DNA of 64,000 nt, taken from the NCBI GenBank assembly GCA_951406725.2, contig OX597817.1, positions 113,460,001 to 113,524,000 on the forward strand. Reading direction: 5' to 3'. The position numbers and the translations under genes were made by a program. Shown here one piece after another: positions 39,201 through 52,964 of this stretch. This stretch comes from Octopus vulgaris (taxonomy: Eukaryota). The first letter of the stretch is position 1; each line of letters begins with the position of its first letter. The notes beneath the pieces were generated by a model. It saw only the letters and a program-made list of their open reading frames with translations, did no database searches and was not told the origin of the DNA.

Positions 39201-39358
39201 ACTTGTATCAATGCTCGATACACCGAAAGGCCAATTATGCTTGACCTCTTTCTCAGTCTTTACCATTATCATCACAACAATCATCGTCTGATCAATGTCT
39301 AGTCAAAGCAACTCGCCTCTTATTTTCCTCGCAGTAGCCCATTTCTTATCTAGGTACG

Positions 39359-40294
39359 GATCTTTTCTAAAAGATGGACAGAATTTTCTACTTAACTAAA
39401 TAATTTGAAACTTCGTATACTGGTAGAATGTGTCAAAAGAAAACATTAGTTTCAATTAGTTTTTTTGAGAAAAATGTATTTTGTAACTTTTACGTAGTTT
39501 AATTCTTCGAATTTTAACCAATCGTATTCTCTGTTTTGAGCTCAATTCATTTGCTGCTGTGTTATTCATCCTTATCACTGTCTTCTGTCTTCAAAGGCTT
39601 CTCCCATGTTTATTTCAATGTCATCCCTGACTTACGGAACGATTACCTGTGTGTGTGTGTGTGCTTTTGTTGTGTATGTATGTGCGTGTGTGTGTGTGTT
39701 TTTGTTGTGTATGTGTGTGTCTTTTTGTTGTGTATGTGTGCGTGTGTTGTGTATCTCTTAAATCGATGAATTTCGTCGCCCAATAAAAATATTAACGATA
39801 TTTTTTTAACTTTGATATCGTTAATATTTTTATTGGGCGACGAAATTCATCGGTTTAAGAGATACACAACAAAAAACACATAACACAACAAAAAGACATA
39901 CACAGCAAAAACACACACACACATACACAACAAAAAGACATACACAACAATAACACACACAACAAACGCACACACATACACAACAAAAACACACACACAC
40001 ACACAGGTAATCGTTCCGTAAGTCAGGGATGACATTGAAATAAACATGGGAGAAGCCTTTGAAGACAGAAGACAGTGATAAGGATGAATAACACAGCAGC
40101 AAATGAATTGAGCTCAAAACAGAGAATACGATTGGTTAAAATTCGAAGAATTAAACTACGTAAAAGTTACAAAATACATTTTTCTCAAAAAAACTAATTG
40201 AAACTAATGTTTTCTTTTGACACATTCTACCAGTATACGAAGTTTCAAATTATTTAGTTAAGTAGAAAATTCTGTCCATCTTTTAGAAAAGATC
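39359..40294. repeat. Near-perfect 936-bp palindrome (foldback/MITE-like)
   Basis: Arms 39359-39801 and 39815-40294 around a 13-nt spacer; they differ mainly in an internal (TG)-rich microsatellite. Confidence 0.92.
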
Positions 40295-40884
40295 TATCAC
40301 TCACTCTGATTAACCTGAATACTGGCAAATCAAGACAACCCACTTCATATCTTCCACACAATAACCTCCTCCCGTAATCATTCAGTGCTTCAAGTTAAGC
40401 TGAATGATTCATACTATCTTTGTATGTATACCCCTTTATATTCTGCACACAACCAAAACCCCTACTACCTACCCTAGCCAATTGGTTTATACACAACTGT
40501 GCTGCAGCGGTACAAGCAAAATCACCACCTACAGCACAAGTGCAACATTCGCATGACCACCTTGGGGAAAAGAAAGGATGCCTTCATACATTGTACAGCA
40601 GCCAATAAATTTTTCTGCTTCCTAAATTCCAGCAGTCCTCAGATTATCTCTTTCCAAGAGAGTTTATACCAGTTTGGTGGAATATTTCTACCTTTCACTT
40701 CACAGTTTTTGCCTGTGGGTGGTGGGTAGGGACACAAACTCAAGGGCTGCCCTGGCAGGGTACGCATTTTAGCTAAATCACTGCCAGTTACACTGGTGAG
40801 ACGAACCTATTACTGACACTTATTTGCAGCTGGTTGTATTGATCCAATAAATACTGATATTTTTTTATTTATTTTTGTTTCATA

Positions 40885-41280
40885 AGCGCAGGCATGGCTG
40901 TGTAGTAAGAAGCTTGCTTACCAACCACATGGTCGCAGGTTCAGTCCCACTATAGGACGCCTTGGGCAAGTGTCTTCTACTATAGCCTCGGACTGACCAA
41001 AGCCTTGTGAGTGGATTTGGTAAACGGAAACTGGAAGAAGGCTATCATGTGTGTGTATCTCTGTGTCTGTGTTTGTCCCCCCACACCATCTCTTGACAAC
41101 TGGTGTTGGTGTGTTTACATCCTCATAACTTAGTGGTTCGGCAAAAGTGACAAATAGAATAAGTACCAGGCTTAAAAAAAGTAAGTACTGGGGTCAATTC
41201 ATTCAACTAAAAAAAATTTTTTAAGATATTGCTCCAGCATGGCTGCAGCCTAATGACTGAAGCAAAAAAAATAAAAGATA
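40885..41280 (+). mobile_element. tRNA-derived SINE, near full length
   Basis: agcgcaggcatggctgtgtagtaag..ggttcagtccc..ccttgggcaagtgtcttctactatagc..tgactgaa tail. Confidence 0.85.
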
Positions 41281-41939
41281 TATAGGAATTAAAAGTAGAC
41301 CAATGCCCATCAATTTTGCAGGCCTTCCTAAATTTGTGAGATTAATGATCAAACATCTATAGGTTTGTAGGAAAACAGCTATAGGTCTGTAGAAAAAACA
41401 TCAATAGGTTTGTAGGAAAACATTTATAGGCCTCTAGGAAAATCCCAGTTGAGGAGGGAATTTCTTATACCTTCATTTCCAGAAAGATATGATTAGGAAG
41501 GAGATTACTTAGTGTGAAACATGGGATATCAGAGAGAATTGCATTGTGGTAGGGCCAAGGTAAACACTAACAATACACATATACTCCTCAATATCTGATA
41601 TGGTGAAATAGAACATTAAGGTCCAAAGCATAAAATGTATGTTGACAAACTCTGGTACTTGATATGTGTATTATCATAAGAAAAATATATTCACTTTTAC
41701 TTAACAATCATTTTTTTCATTTTATTTTAACTTCCTCTTTTTCATTCTTCAATGAATTGGACAAAGTTTACTGAGGCAGATTTTCTACAGCTAGATGCCG
41801 TTCCCATTGCTAACCCTCCTCTGTTTCCAAGCAAGGTAATATTTCCCCATGATGAGGCATGTTTTCATAGTATATTGGAAGCAAATTACACTGCTTGTAT
41901 GAAAGTGACAATGATTTACAACTACATGCAATGTCAGGA

Positions 41940-42128
41940 CAAGGAGACACAAGCATACACATACATATATACATGATAGACCTCTTGCAATTTCTATCAA
42001 CCAAATCTACTCGCAAAACTTTTGTCAGCTTGGGGCTATAGTAGAAGACGCTGCCCAAGATGCCATGCAGTGGGTCTGAACCCTGTGATTGGGAAGCAAA
42101 CTTCTTATCACACAGCCATGCATGCACC
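41940..42128 (-). mobile_element. SINE 5' fragment
   Basis: Reverse complement of the head of the same SINE family. Confidence 0.6.
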
Positions 42129-42314
42129 AAACAAATTATTAGAAAAATATATCTACTTTCATTTTAAAAATTATCAGAAAAATATATCTTCTTTCATTCT
42201 ATAAACTATAAGAAAAATATATTCACTTTCATTTTACAAATTATGAGAAACATACATATTCACTTTACTTTTACAATAATTTGAGAAATATTTTGACTTT
42301 TACTTTACAAATTA

Positions 42315-43583
42315 CAATGGGCATTCATTACAGATTTCCCCTAACCCATTTCCTGTTATTGCAGGAAATGGAACTTGTACAGGTACAATCATACATGTCT
42401 CTACTAGTCACATTGTAAATTGCAGCTTCCACTAGTATTTGTTTGTCTTTTATGGTTGCTGAAATGGAATATGGTGTTATAATGGAGGCAGTTGAATGCA
42501 GATCAGTGATCAGGTTCTTTTACTTGAAAGATCGTACCAAAAGAGACTTTCAATGAAATGAAAGAAGTTTATGCTGATGATGCACCATCATACGACATAG
42601 TCAAGCACTGGCATTGCCAGTTCAAATGTGGCCAGACTTGGTGGAAACTGCTCCTATTCCTGGACAACCACTTTCTGCCATTGATGACAACACCCTCTGT
42701 AAAGTGGAAGCTGCCATTTTGGATGATCACTGCATAGCTATTCAGCAACTAGCTCAAGAAATGAAGATAAGTGTAAGGTCCATGGAAAAAATCATTCATG
42801 ACCATTTGCACACGCAGAAGTTGTCTGCATGATGGATTCCTCAGATGCAGGAAATGAGTTAATTGCTCCCAGGCTCTTTTGGCAATGTGCCAAGGAAACA
42901 AGGAGGACCTTTTCAGCAGATTTATCATATAGGTTGAAACATGAGTCCATCACTATGATCCTGAGACTAAAGTCCAGTCGAAGCAATGGAAGCATGATAA
43001 CTCACCACCTCCAAAGAAGGCTCGTGTCCAATCCTCAGCAGGTAAGGTGATGCTCACAATTTTGGGACCAGCGTGGAGTAGTGATGATGGATTTTCTGGA
43101 ATAGTGCACCACAATTAACAGGGCATATTATGCTTCTCTGCTGCAGAAATTGTGAGATGCCATCAAAGCAGAGGGGCATGGCATGCTGACCAAAAGAGTC
43201 CACATCCTCCAAGTCAATACCCCAATTCAATGCACATGTTGCCCAGATGAATGCACACTCCTGCAGCTATGAAATCCTTCCACATCCCCCTTATTCTGCC
43301 AACCTTGCACCATCTGACTTCCACTTCTTTCCAACCATGAAGTCATTTTTGAAAAGGAAACACTTTTTGGATGATAATGAACTTATTTCTGAGGTAAAGT
43401 CTTGGCTCCAGACGCAACCTACTGACTTCTACAGACAAGGTCTTCACAGCTGCACAAAGTGATGGGAGAAGTGTGTCACCATTGGTGGTGGCTATGTAGA
43501 GAAAGACTAATAATTATGTCAAGTTTCATTTATTCCAATCCTTGGGAAGTGGCTCAGGGTAAATCTTTAAAGAATACCCCTTG
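42315..43583 (+). mobile_element. Full-length decayed mariner transposon (1269 bp)
   Basis: TA-flanked imperfect TIRs (caatgggcattcattacagatttcccct / agggtaaatctttaaagaataccccttg); transposase remnants KLSA*WIP, SAGKVML, HPPYSANLAPSDFHFF. Confidence 0.9.
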
Positions 43584-43879
43584 TATATTATATATACTAT
43601 ATTATCAAGTGAGATTGTATTCCTATGGACTTTTCCTGAAAAAAAAGGTGGGGGACAGAATCACAAGAAAACAACTGAGAACAAGAACAGAATATATTTC
43701 TAAACATACACAATATAATATAGATACAGAACACGAAAACATTTCAAGAGGAATATGTTAGGGAATCAATAAGAATTGTAATATCGTAAGAATACATTTT
43801 TACTTCAAAAGATGTTGACTAATGTGTGAGGGGTGGCGGTAGATTGAGTGTTTCTAAGAGACTGTGGTACAATATTTAC

Positions 43880-45360
43880 TATGTTATAGGTCATTATCAT
43901 GAACATCAGCTTGATGGGTGAAGAATGTATCAAAAGTTGTTTGTTGTTTATGATGCATCATCTTTTTGTACAGCTTAGGATAGGAACTAAGCTAATTGTA
44001 AATTCCTCTTGTAATTTTTATGCCAACCCTTAAGCAATAATTTTTGTTGTCAATTTAAGTGGTGTAGATGGAACTTCTATTGTCTCTCCCGTATTCTCAG
44101 CTTGTTCCTTTTCTCTCTGGGACACTAGCAACTCACTCACATCATCCTCTTTGACTTCTTCAAATCCTACATCCTTTGCAAGTGTTTCAATATCTTTCTG
44201 AATTTGATGTAGGCTTTGAGGGAAACTTGTAATATCACACATACAGTCTGGCCATATACTTTTCCAAGTACTATTCAAAGTTGAAGATTTCACTTCATCC
44301 CATGACTCAACTATATTATCTGCAGCATCCCATATGTTGAATTTCTTCCAGAAATCTCTAACTGTAGGTTTATCTTCCCTGTTAATTGCTTTCATAAGCT
44401 GCTTGAAAGTTCTTCTCAATATGCCTTGAAGTTAGCTTGATCCATTGGTTGGAGCAAAGAAGTTGTATTCTTGGGGATAAATTCTACTCTCACATTATCA
44501 AAAAAGTCATCTAAGTTTTCTGGATGGCTCAGTGCATTCTTTAAAAGAAGCAATGTATTGTTGGAAATATTATGTCTAGTACTGTACCTTTCTACTACAG
44601 GACAAAAAACGTTTGTAAACTACTCTTTGAAAAATGTTTCTTATTTGAATGTCAAATTGGGAGTAGATTAGACTTTGTGTAACCTTTAAAAACCCTTAGA
44701 TTTTTGGAGTGATATGCATGTAGGGGCATTAATTTCATATTACCAGCAGCATTTCCTTCCAAAAGAGGTGTCAAATGATTTTTGGAAGCTTTAAATCCTG
44801 GTGATGATTTTTCTTCCTGCGAAATAAAAGTTCAAGCTGGCATGCATTTTCAGAGAAGTGCAATTTCATCAGCATTGTGTACTTGCTCTGGTGTGTAGTC
44901 CCCTTCAGCAATCCTTTTCTGTAACTGCTCAAGATAATTAATAGCGGCCTCTGTATTAATGCTTGCAGTTTCACCAGTCATTTTTAAGTTGTGCTAATTC
45001 ATCCACTTCTTAAACATTCAAACCAGCTTTTACTAACCAAAAAGGAGTTTTTCTTGGACATTTCACCTTCCCCTTTCAGCAAATCGTGTTTATTGACACA
45101 TTTATGCTGATTCTGATCCTTGATCTATACACTCAAGAGTCGTTCCATTCTAAGCATTACATTAGATATATGGAAAATAAGTCCAGGCAGTTAGTGGAGG
45201 AGTTTCTTGAGCACTTGACATAATTTTCTCTCTATTGTCACATATAGTTCCTACTGTAGACGTTGGCAAACTTAGTTTTACTTCTGCATCAAGTCTCTTC
45301 AAAACATCAAGTTTACTATTCAGTGTAATCCCTTTACAGTTCCTTTTCACACTCGTGCCT
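43880..45360 (-). mobile_element. pogo/Tigger transposase relic
   Basis: CENP-B-like HTH (ITLNSKLDVLKRLD..LPTSTVGTI), PKNTTSLLQPMDQ, DFWKKFNIWDA..SWDEVK; many frameshifts. Confidence 0.85.
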
Positions 45361-45419
45361 TCAGGTCAAACATCTTGAATTGAACAGTAACAGCAATTAA
45401 TTATCCACAACTATGTATT

Positions 45420-46940
45420 CTTCTTACCTAACTGAATAGGTGTCTTGTAAACGATGTCCTATCTGAATCTCAATGTGGTTTACAATCTGGAAGAGGAACA
45501 ATGAATATGATTTACACAGTGGGACAGATGCAGGAGAAGTGCTATGAGTAGAATATGGTTCTTGTCCAGGTATTCATTGATTTAACCAAGGCCTTTGATA
45601 CTGTGAACAGGGCCTCCCTATGGAAAATACTTGGCAGACTTGGATGTCCAGATCATTTTGTATCAATAATCAAATCATTTCATGATGGGATAGAGGCTTG
45701 GGTCAATGTTGGTGGTGGCATAGCAGGACCCTGTAAAGAATGGTGTCAAGCAAGGTGACATCCTTGCACCAGCTCTCTTTTCTCTGTACTTTGCTGTTAC
45801 TCTCATGCTTTTGCTGTGGACAGCTCTCCAGGGATATATGTTAGGTATCAATCTTCTGGCCATCTTTTTAACTTGTGTCAATTTGCTGCCAATTCCAAAG
45901 TTTTCCAGTCACTTATTCATGAACTCCTTTATGCAGATGACTGTGACTTAGCCACTCATACAGCAGATGATATGCAAATACTTGTGAATCATATTTCTGC
46001 ATCTTGCAAGGCATTTGAACTCAGTATTGGCTTGGACAAGACTGTTGTAATGTTACAGCCTGCACCAGGAAACCCATATGTGGAACCAGCTATCTTGGTT
46101 GAAGGAGCAATACTGAAAGTGATAGACAAGTTTGTTTACCTGGGCAGCACACTCAGCTGTTCTTGCTCCCTGGATGATGAAATATCTTTCAGGCTGCAGA
46201 GAGCAACTGGTTCCTTCAGGTCTTTTGAGTCTCATGCCTAGTCCCAAATATGGCATCACAAAGCAAAGAAAGATTGCTGTGTACCATGCATATGTACTGA
46301 CATCACTCTTTTACTCGTGTGAGACATGGATTCTTTACAAATGTCATGTAAAGGTCCATGACCGCTTCTATCAGTGATGTCTGAGACACATTCCAAATGT
46401 TGACTGGACCTTAAAACCTCCATGTCCTGAGGAAAGCCAATATCCTGAGTATTGAGGTGATGGTATACAAACACTGGTTACATTGGACCGGACGCCTTGT
46501 TAGAATGAATGATAGCAGGATCCCTAAACAGATGCCATATGGGGAACTTGTTAGTTGAATGCGACCCCAGAAGAAGCCAAAACTGTGTAAAGTCCTCAAT
46601 AAAGGCCTGTGAAATGTGGGAGGCTGACTTGGAGAGCAATGCTTGTTATTGCCACAGATGGAGGAAACAGGTAAAGGAGGGAATTAATACCTTTCAAAGA
46701 GCATGTATTCTTCATGAAGAATTTAAGCATGCTGCTTGAAAATGCACTGGTAATGTAATGAATGGGGAAAGTTTGGTCTGCAATGTTTGCAGTCATGTAT
46801 GTTTGTCAAGAGCAGGGCCCGTTAGTCACCAATGGAGCCACTAGTGTAAAGTATAAAGTAGTCTTGAGTGCACAATGTTCCTAAAGGTCAGTAATAGTTT
46901 TCCTCGGTCACAAGTGGACTGCCATCATGTATGTATGTAT
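45420..46940 (+). mobile_element. RTE-clade LINE, 5'-truncated and decayed
   Basis: ESQCG, FIDLTKAFDTV, GVKQG, LYADDCDL, FVYLGS, YSCETW; (ATGT)n tail at ~46927. Confidence 0.9.
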
Positions 46941-47973
46941 GTGGTCATCATCGTCATTTTGTATCTGATCTTCTATGCTAACAGGTCACTATTATTTGAG
47001 TCAGTTCTTGTTCACAATTACTGCCCTCTAAGTAAGTTGGAAACTATATCAAGTATGTTTGTTCCTTTTTTTTTTTTTTTTTGCATGGTTTCTCTATCAC
47101 CAATCACTTTATAGGGTGAACTGAGTATATTTTAACATAGCTTCAGTGCTGAAGGGGTTAGGTTGTCTTGTTCCCTGCATGACTAAAGAACCTTCTCTGT
47201 TCTACGTTGCATCTGTTCATTAGCACCAGAGATGACATCCCTTCCAGCAGATATTGTCCATTTGCAGCAAATCTACAGCATCACATTGATATATCAAATA
47301 TTCAGTATTTCTTTTGGTTCACTTCTACCGTATCATGTTGTAAAAAAAAAAAAAGGTAGTCACTGGCCACCTATGGTAGTCTGAGTACAAAAGACATGGA
47401 AGGACTGAAGCTATTGGGTAGTGAATTATTTGAAGTGAGACATACAACCCATCAGGTCACTGAAACATTACTTGCATTCTTTGTCTTCACATAGCATACT
47501 GAGAGCAAACCTATCAATGTACAAATAACACGTGTGGAAGTGTTTCACTTCAGTACTACGAGTGGAAGAAATATTCAACCACTACATACATCTGTTCTAT
47601 TGCTAACAGCCCTACTTTTACGTGGTACGTATTTACAATAATGTTGAATGAACAAACATATTTCATAGAGTAAAGAGTTTACACAGAGCTTGTGATGAAG
47701 TATAAATTGTGGATGTTCTATGAACATTCTTCCTACTCTTCTTTTGAAGCATCAGTTTCATTTTTCAGTGACTTCAGTGAATGTCTTGGTTAAAAAGAGT
47801 TTTGGAAGATCAATCCAGTTCAAAGTAAGACAAATAAAAATAAGTGAGAAAATGATATGAGGTTGTTAAAAAAATGGTTTCTTTAATACTATTCTGCAGA
47901 ATATGAACTTTAGATTTTAAAAATGTAGTTCCAAATTAAAGAACATTAATTATTTTCTTGCATATCATTTTAG

Positions 47974-48089
47974 GAACAGAACTTATCACTACCACTGCAA
48001 CAATTCCTTCAAAATACCAAACTGTTGTTATTGTTGAAAGTGATAAAAAAGGCTTCCTTACAACAGCTAAACGCTTTAAAAATATAGCA
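47974..48089 (+). CDS. STPG1: STPG1 (sperm-tail PG-rich repeat / O6-methylguanine-induced apoptosis 2)-like exon
   Basis: ttttag|(G)TELITTTATIPSKYQTVVIVESDKKGFLTTAKRFKNIA|gtaagt; the KKGF.s.AKRF motif is recalled from STPG1. Confidence 0.8.
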
Positions 48090-50029
48090 GTAAGTAAAGC
48101 ATGAAAATGTCCTCTATTTAGTCTTGTTAAAAATTGCTTTGTATTTTAAGTGTATCCATGCTGCAAATATCAAGTACTATTTCAGTTAAAATTATCGAGA
48201 TAAATATGAATTTATGAACTTTAAAGGAATGTGAAATAATTCTTTTTTAGAGCAGTTAATGCTGAAGCAGAAAACCTATAAACAATAAATAATAATGTGT
48301 AAATATTGGACTGAAAAACGTTTTGGGATAGAACATGAACCTACATCTCCTACAGACAGCTTTTTACCTTTGTATCCAAAGGATTTTTTAAACCGAACAT
48401 TGATTTCAAATTTTGACACAAGGCCAGCAATTTCAGGGAATGGGATAAACCAATTACATCAATCCCAATACTCAACTGGACCCCAGTAAGGATGAAAGAC
48501 AAAGTTGACCTCAGCAGAATTTGAACTCAAAATGTAAAGATGAATGAAATGCCACTAAGCATTTTGTCCAGTGTGCTAACAATTCTGCCAGCTCACTGCC
48601 TTATTTTTTTTTTAAAGCGAATATTTACATGCTGTTATTTATAGATTTTCTGCTTCGAGATCCAATGTTTTAAAAAACAATTATCTAGGCAAATTTTCAG
48701 TTTCAAACTCATTACATCAATTTTCCTTGAATTTATAAAATTTTAGACTTTTTCATGATTTTTCTTCTGGATATATATTGTTTTAATATGTAATTCCTAA
48801 CACTTTCCTGATAGAGAAATGTTCGAATTATGTAAGCAAAAAAAAAAATTTTTTTTCAAAAACCCAAATTGCACTCAATGTATTACCTAGTTTATTTCTC
48901 TTAAAGAAAGCAAGAATGAAAAGAGAAAAAAATGATCTACTTTTGACCTAATCTTTGTCATCATGACACCTGGCATCAGTAAATCAACCCACAAACATCG
49001 AGACATTTAGACACACTAGGTGTGTTACATTTACAGATAATTTGATCTTAAAATCACAAGTAGTTTTTATCTCATCAACTATTTTATCTATATAACTTAG
49101 TATGTATTATGCAGATAATGACACTACATATGTGTGTGTGTGTATGATCAAACAGACTCCAAAGAGGCTAGTGTTGGTCTGTGTTGCAAGACTTATATAA
49201 TGACTTATATAGTCACCTCATGGCAAGTTCACCAACCAACCAAACAAAGAAACGAACAATTAATTAATTAATACAGGTGGAGGATGCATATTAACCATTC
49301 AAAAATACATAAAAACTATTAACATCACTTAAACATTTATTATTTGGTGTCAAATTTTCCTTACACTAACTGGAACCTGGTCAGTGACACAATTTTACTT
49401 GTGAACCAAGTTGCAGCTAGTGCAAGGAAACTTTAACATCAAATAATAAAAGTGTGAAGTTAAGAGTTTTTGTGTTTTTTAAATGCCTATTATATGTCTT
49501 CCATGTAATTGTTTTAGTTATAACACATGGTCTGAATCCACTCACTTGCCAAACAACTACATCTTGGAAACAAATATTATGATCATCATTGTTTAACATC
49601 TGCTTTCCACACTGGCATGGGTTAGAGAGTTTGACTGAGGACTGGTAAGCCAGGAGGCTGCACCAGGCTCCAATCTGATCTGGCAAGGTTTTTACAACTG
49701 GATGCCCTTCTTAATGCCAACCACTCTGAGAGTGTAGTGGGTGCTGTTTACATTCCACCAGCACAGGGGCCAGTCAGGTGGACTGGCATCAACCACACTC
49801 GAATGGTGCTTCATATGTGCCACCAGCATGGGACTCTTAAATAGACCAGTTATGTGACACTGGCCTAGGCCACAGCTACAGTTTCACTTGGCTTGCTGGG
49901 TCTTCTCAAGCACAGCATATCTCCAAAGGTCTCAGTCGCTTGTCATTGCCTCTGTGAGGCCCAATATTCAAAGGTCTTCCTGGGTCTGCTGAAACCAGTA
50001 AAAGATAAAAGACAATTAAAAATCTTTCA

Positions 50030-50370
50030 GGTTCCCTCTACTGTTAGGGAGTGGACTTCCTCACACAGCTGTTCACATCCAAATGTAACACATGACCATA
50101 CCAGCACAGTCATCTCTCTTGCACACCATGCTTGATGCTTCTTATACCCAACTTTTCTCTCAGGGTGCTTACACTCTGTCATGTATGCACACTGACATTA
50201 CACATCCAGCAGATCATACTAGCTTCATTTCTTTCAAGCCTGCGCATGTCCTCAGCAGTCATGGCCCATGTTTCACTGCCATATAGCTTGATAGTTCGCA
50301 CACATGCATCATACAGTGTACCTTTCATCCTGAGTGAGAAGCCCTTAGTTGCCCACAGAGGTAGGAGCTG
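50030..50370 (-). mobile_element. RTE-like LINE fragment
   Basis: KGTLYDACVRTIKLYGSETWAMTAEDMRRLERNEASM. Confidence 0.7.
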
Positions 50371-51128
50371 GTGATTCTTTGTATAATTCATCTTAGTAGG
50401 CATTTGTCAAAACAATACTGTATACTTTAAATAAAAGTATTTATTAAGTGTAAGTGTCAAAGAACAGATGATTTCAGTAAAGCCCAAAGAAATCCAAAAT
50501 CACAATAGCCTGTTACTTCATAAAATATTCTTTTTAACATAGGATTAACTTAAAACAGTTTTAACAACAAAACTAGGTACCTTTACATGCACATTGAATT
50601 ACATTATAAGTTGTGTGGTTTCATGTCTCATTAACTCCAGCCAATGCCCCAGCATGGCCTCAGCTTCTGGCTGAAACCAGTAAAAGATAAAAGACAATTA
50701 AAAATCTTCCAGTCATTATTGATTTCAAATTTTGGCTCAAGGCCAGCAATTTCAAAGCAGGGTGTAAGTCAATTACATCAGCCCCAGTACTCAACTGGTA
50801 CTAATTCTATCAACCCCAAAAGGATAAACGGCAAAGACAACCTCAGCAGAACTTGAACTTAGAATGTGAAGACAGATGAAATGCTGTTAAACATTTTGCC
50901 CAGCATGCTAACAATTTTGCTAGTTCACCACCCTATAATTTCTCAGACAATATTAAGAGTATGGTTGGCACATCATGACAGATCTGTGGATATAACTGAT
51001 ATTACTCAACAACATCAATAACAATTGTTAAGACCAGATAAAAATAAAGTTAAGTTTAATCTTACTTGAAGGCAGAAATCTGATTTATGAATATTCTTCT
51101 GAATATTGTAACATTTTTTGTTGAACAG

Positions 51129-51227
51129 AATGATATTCCTGGACCTGGAAAATATGAAACCCTCTCAGAATTTGAATCAAACAGTGCTTCATACTCAAAA
51201 AAAGGGACTGGTGGTCTGGCATCAATG
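51129..51227 (+). CDS. STPG1: STPG1-like exon
   Basis: cag|NDIPGPGKYETLSEFESNSASYSKKGTGGLASM|gtaag; PGPGxY SHIPPO repeat, resembling STPG1 NDIPGPGFY..SKKGT. Confidence 0.87.
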
Positions 51228-51728
51228 GTAAGTTAATAATCTTTATCTTCTCTATTGAGAGAAAATTATTATGGAAGCCAAAAATGTTTTCCTGCTATGA
51301 GGAAAATAAGGAAAATTCAATTTTTAATGTTATGTCTGCATGAAAAGACATTTGATTTGACTAATATAACATAAATTTGAGTCTTATAATATCATTCCTC
51401 TATGTTTTCATTTTATTGAAGCTGATTTAAAATTGTTTGTCTTCACTACCTATTAAATATATACAAGTACCAATTAATTGACTTTGCCAGTTATTTAATT
51501 GACCATAAATCTCACCTTCAAAAATTGCTTGTGCTTATTCAAAAGAAATCTACTGTGTCTGCCATTCCATTGATTGGTGAAGTTAACTTTTAAAAAATTT
51601 CTGACATGGTTTTAAGATAGAAATAATCATCATTTTATGAACATTTATCATATTTACTCACAAAAATATAACAAATTTGAAGATGTTATGGCAAAGTCTT
51701 ATTTTACTGGTGTGCAACTTTGACCAGC

Positions 51729-51731
<3 letters not shown>

Positions 51732-51781
<50 letters not shown>

Positions 51782-51812
51782 TGTGTGTGTGTGCGCGTGT
51801 GTGTGTGTGCGC
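51732..51812. repeat. (TG)n microsatellite
   Basis: Direct reading. Confidence 0.95.
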
Positions 51813-52925
51813 GCATGCACGTCTGTGTATCATCGCCATCATCATCATCGTTCAATGCTAGCATGGGTGGGACAAGAGCTGGACAAGACAAAGCCTGCAC
51901 CAGACTCCTGTGACTGTTTTGGCAGGATTTTTACAGCTGGATGCCCTTCCTAACACCAACCACTCAGCAGAGTGGACTTAGTGCTTTTTATGTGGCACAA
52001 GCACAGGCAAGGTGAGCAGTGTTTTTTATATGGCACAAGCATAAGCAAGGTCAGTTTTGGCAAGGTTTTTACAGCTGGATGTCCTTCCGAACACCAACCA
52101 CAAGAGGAGAGGAGGATTTGGAGGGGATGATGAAAAAGTTATAGTGGCGAGACAGATACAGGTGTCTTGCTGTAGAGGAAGTACAAGGCTTCGCAGCAGG
52201 AGAGAGAAAGATCAAGAATGAAGACAGAAACAGGTGTGCTACCACAAGGAAAATACACAGTTGCCCAACCTGAGGGAAGTGCCGAAGAAGGAAAGAGTGT
52301 AGGAGACAGCAGAATAGAGATGGTGGCAAAATGCCAGGCATACTCACGAGGAACTGGGATCAGAATATGAGATGGTTGAGTAAAGGAAGAAAGAGATATA
52401 GATGGTGGAAAGTGCCAAGGCATACCCTTCAGGTTCAAATGCCATAATATAGGTGGCAGAGTATTGTGCAGGGAGTGTGATGAAAGAGTGTGAGTAAGCA
52501 GTGAAAGACCTGGGTATATATAGAGTTGGAGGAGCTACCGGATTGCAATAATACAGAGGAACAGGGGTGTGAGGACAGGATTAGGGAGTGAGAACTAGGT
52601 ATAGTGTACGAAGGAGGAAATGTGATAAAGAGAAGAGATGTAGATTGGCTTGTTGGGGTAGGGTGAGGGAAAAGTTTTCTTGTTATATGTGGGTGGAACA
52701 CCCAGGTTGGGGGCTAGCAGATGGCAATAATAGAATGAGACAAGGCCTGTAGGTTGGGGGCAAGTGGAGAGCAATGATACAGTGGCACAGGGCCAAAGGG
52801 ATAGGATTGGGGAGTGGGAGGTAATCAGATATATATATATATATATATGATTACCTCCCACTCCCCAATCCTATACATGTGTATATATGTGTGTATGTAT
52901 GTGTATATGTGTATGTATATATATG

Positions 52926-52962
<37 letters not shown>

Positions 52963-52964
52963 CT

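Noticed and set aside
39536-40117. Mirror-image Cys/Val-rich ORFs
   Set aside because: Produced by (TG)n inside the palindrome arms.
41355-41445. Short spaced repeats (ataggtttgtaggaaaa) resembling a CRISPR array
   Set aside because: A degenerate tandem minisatellite without unique spacers, in a eukaryotic intron.
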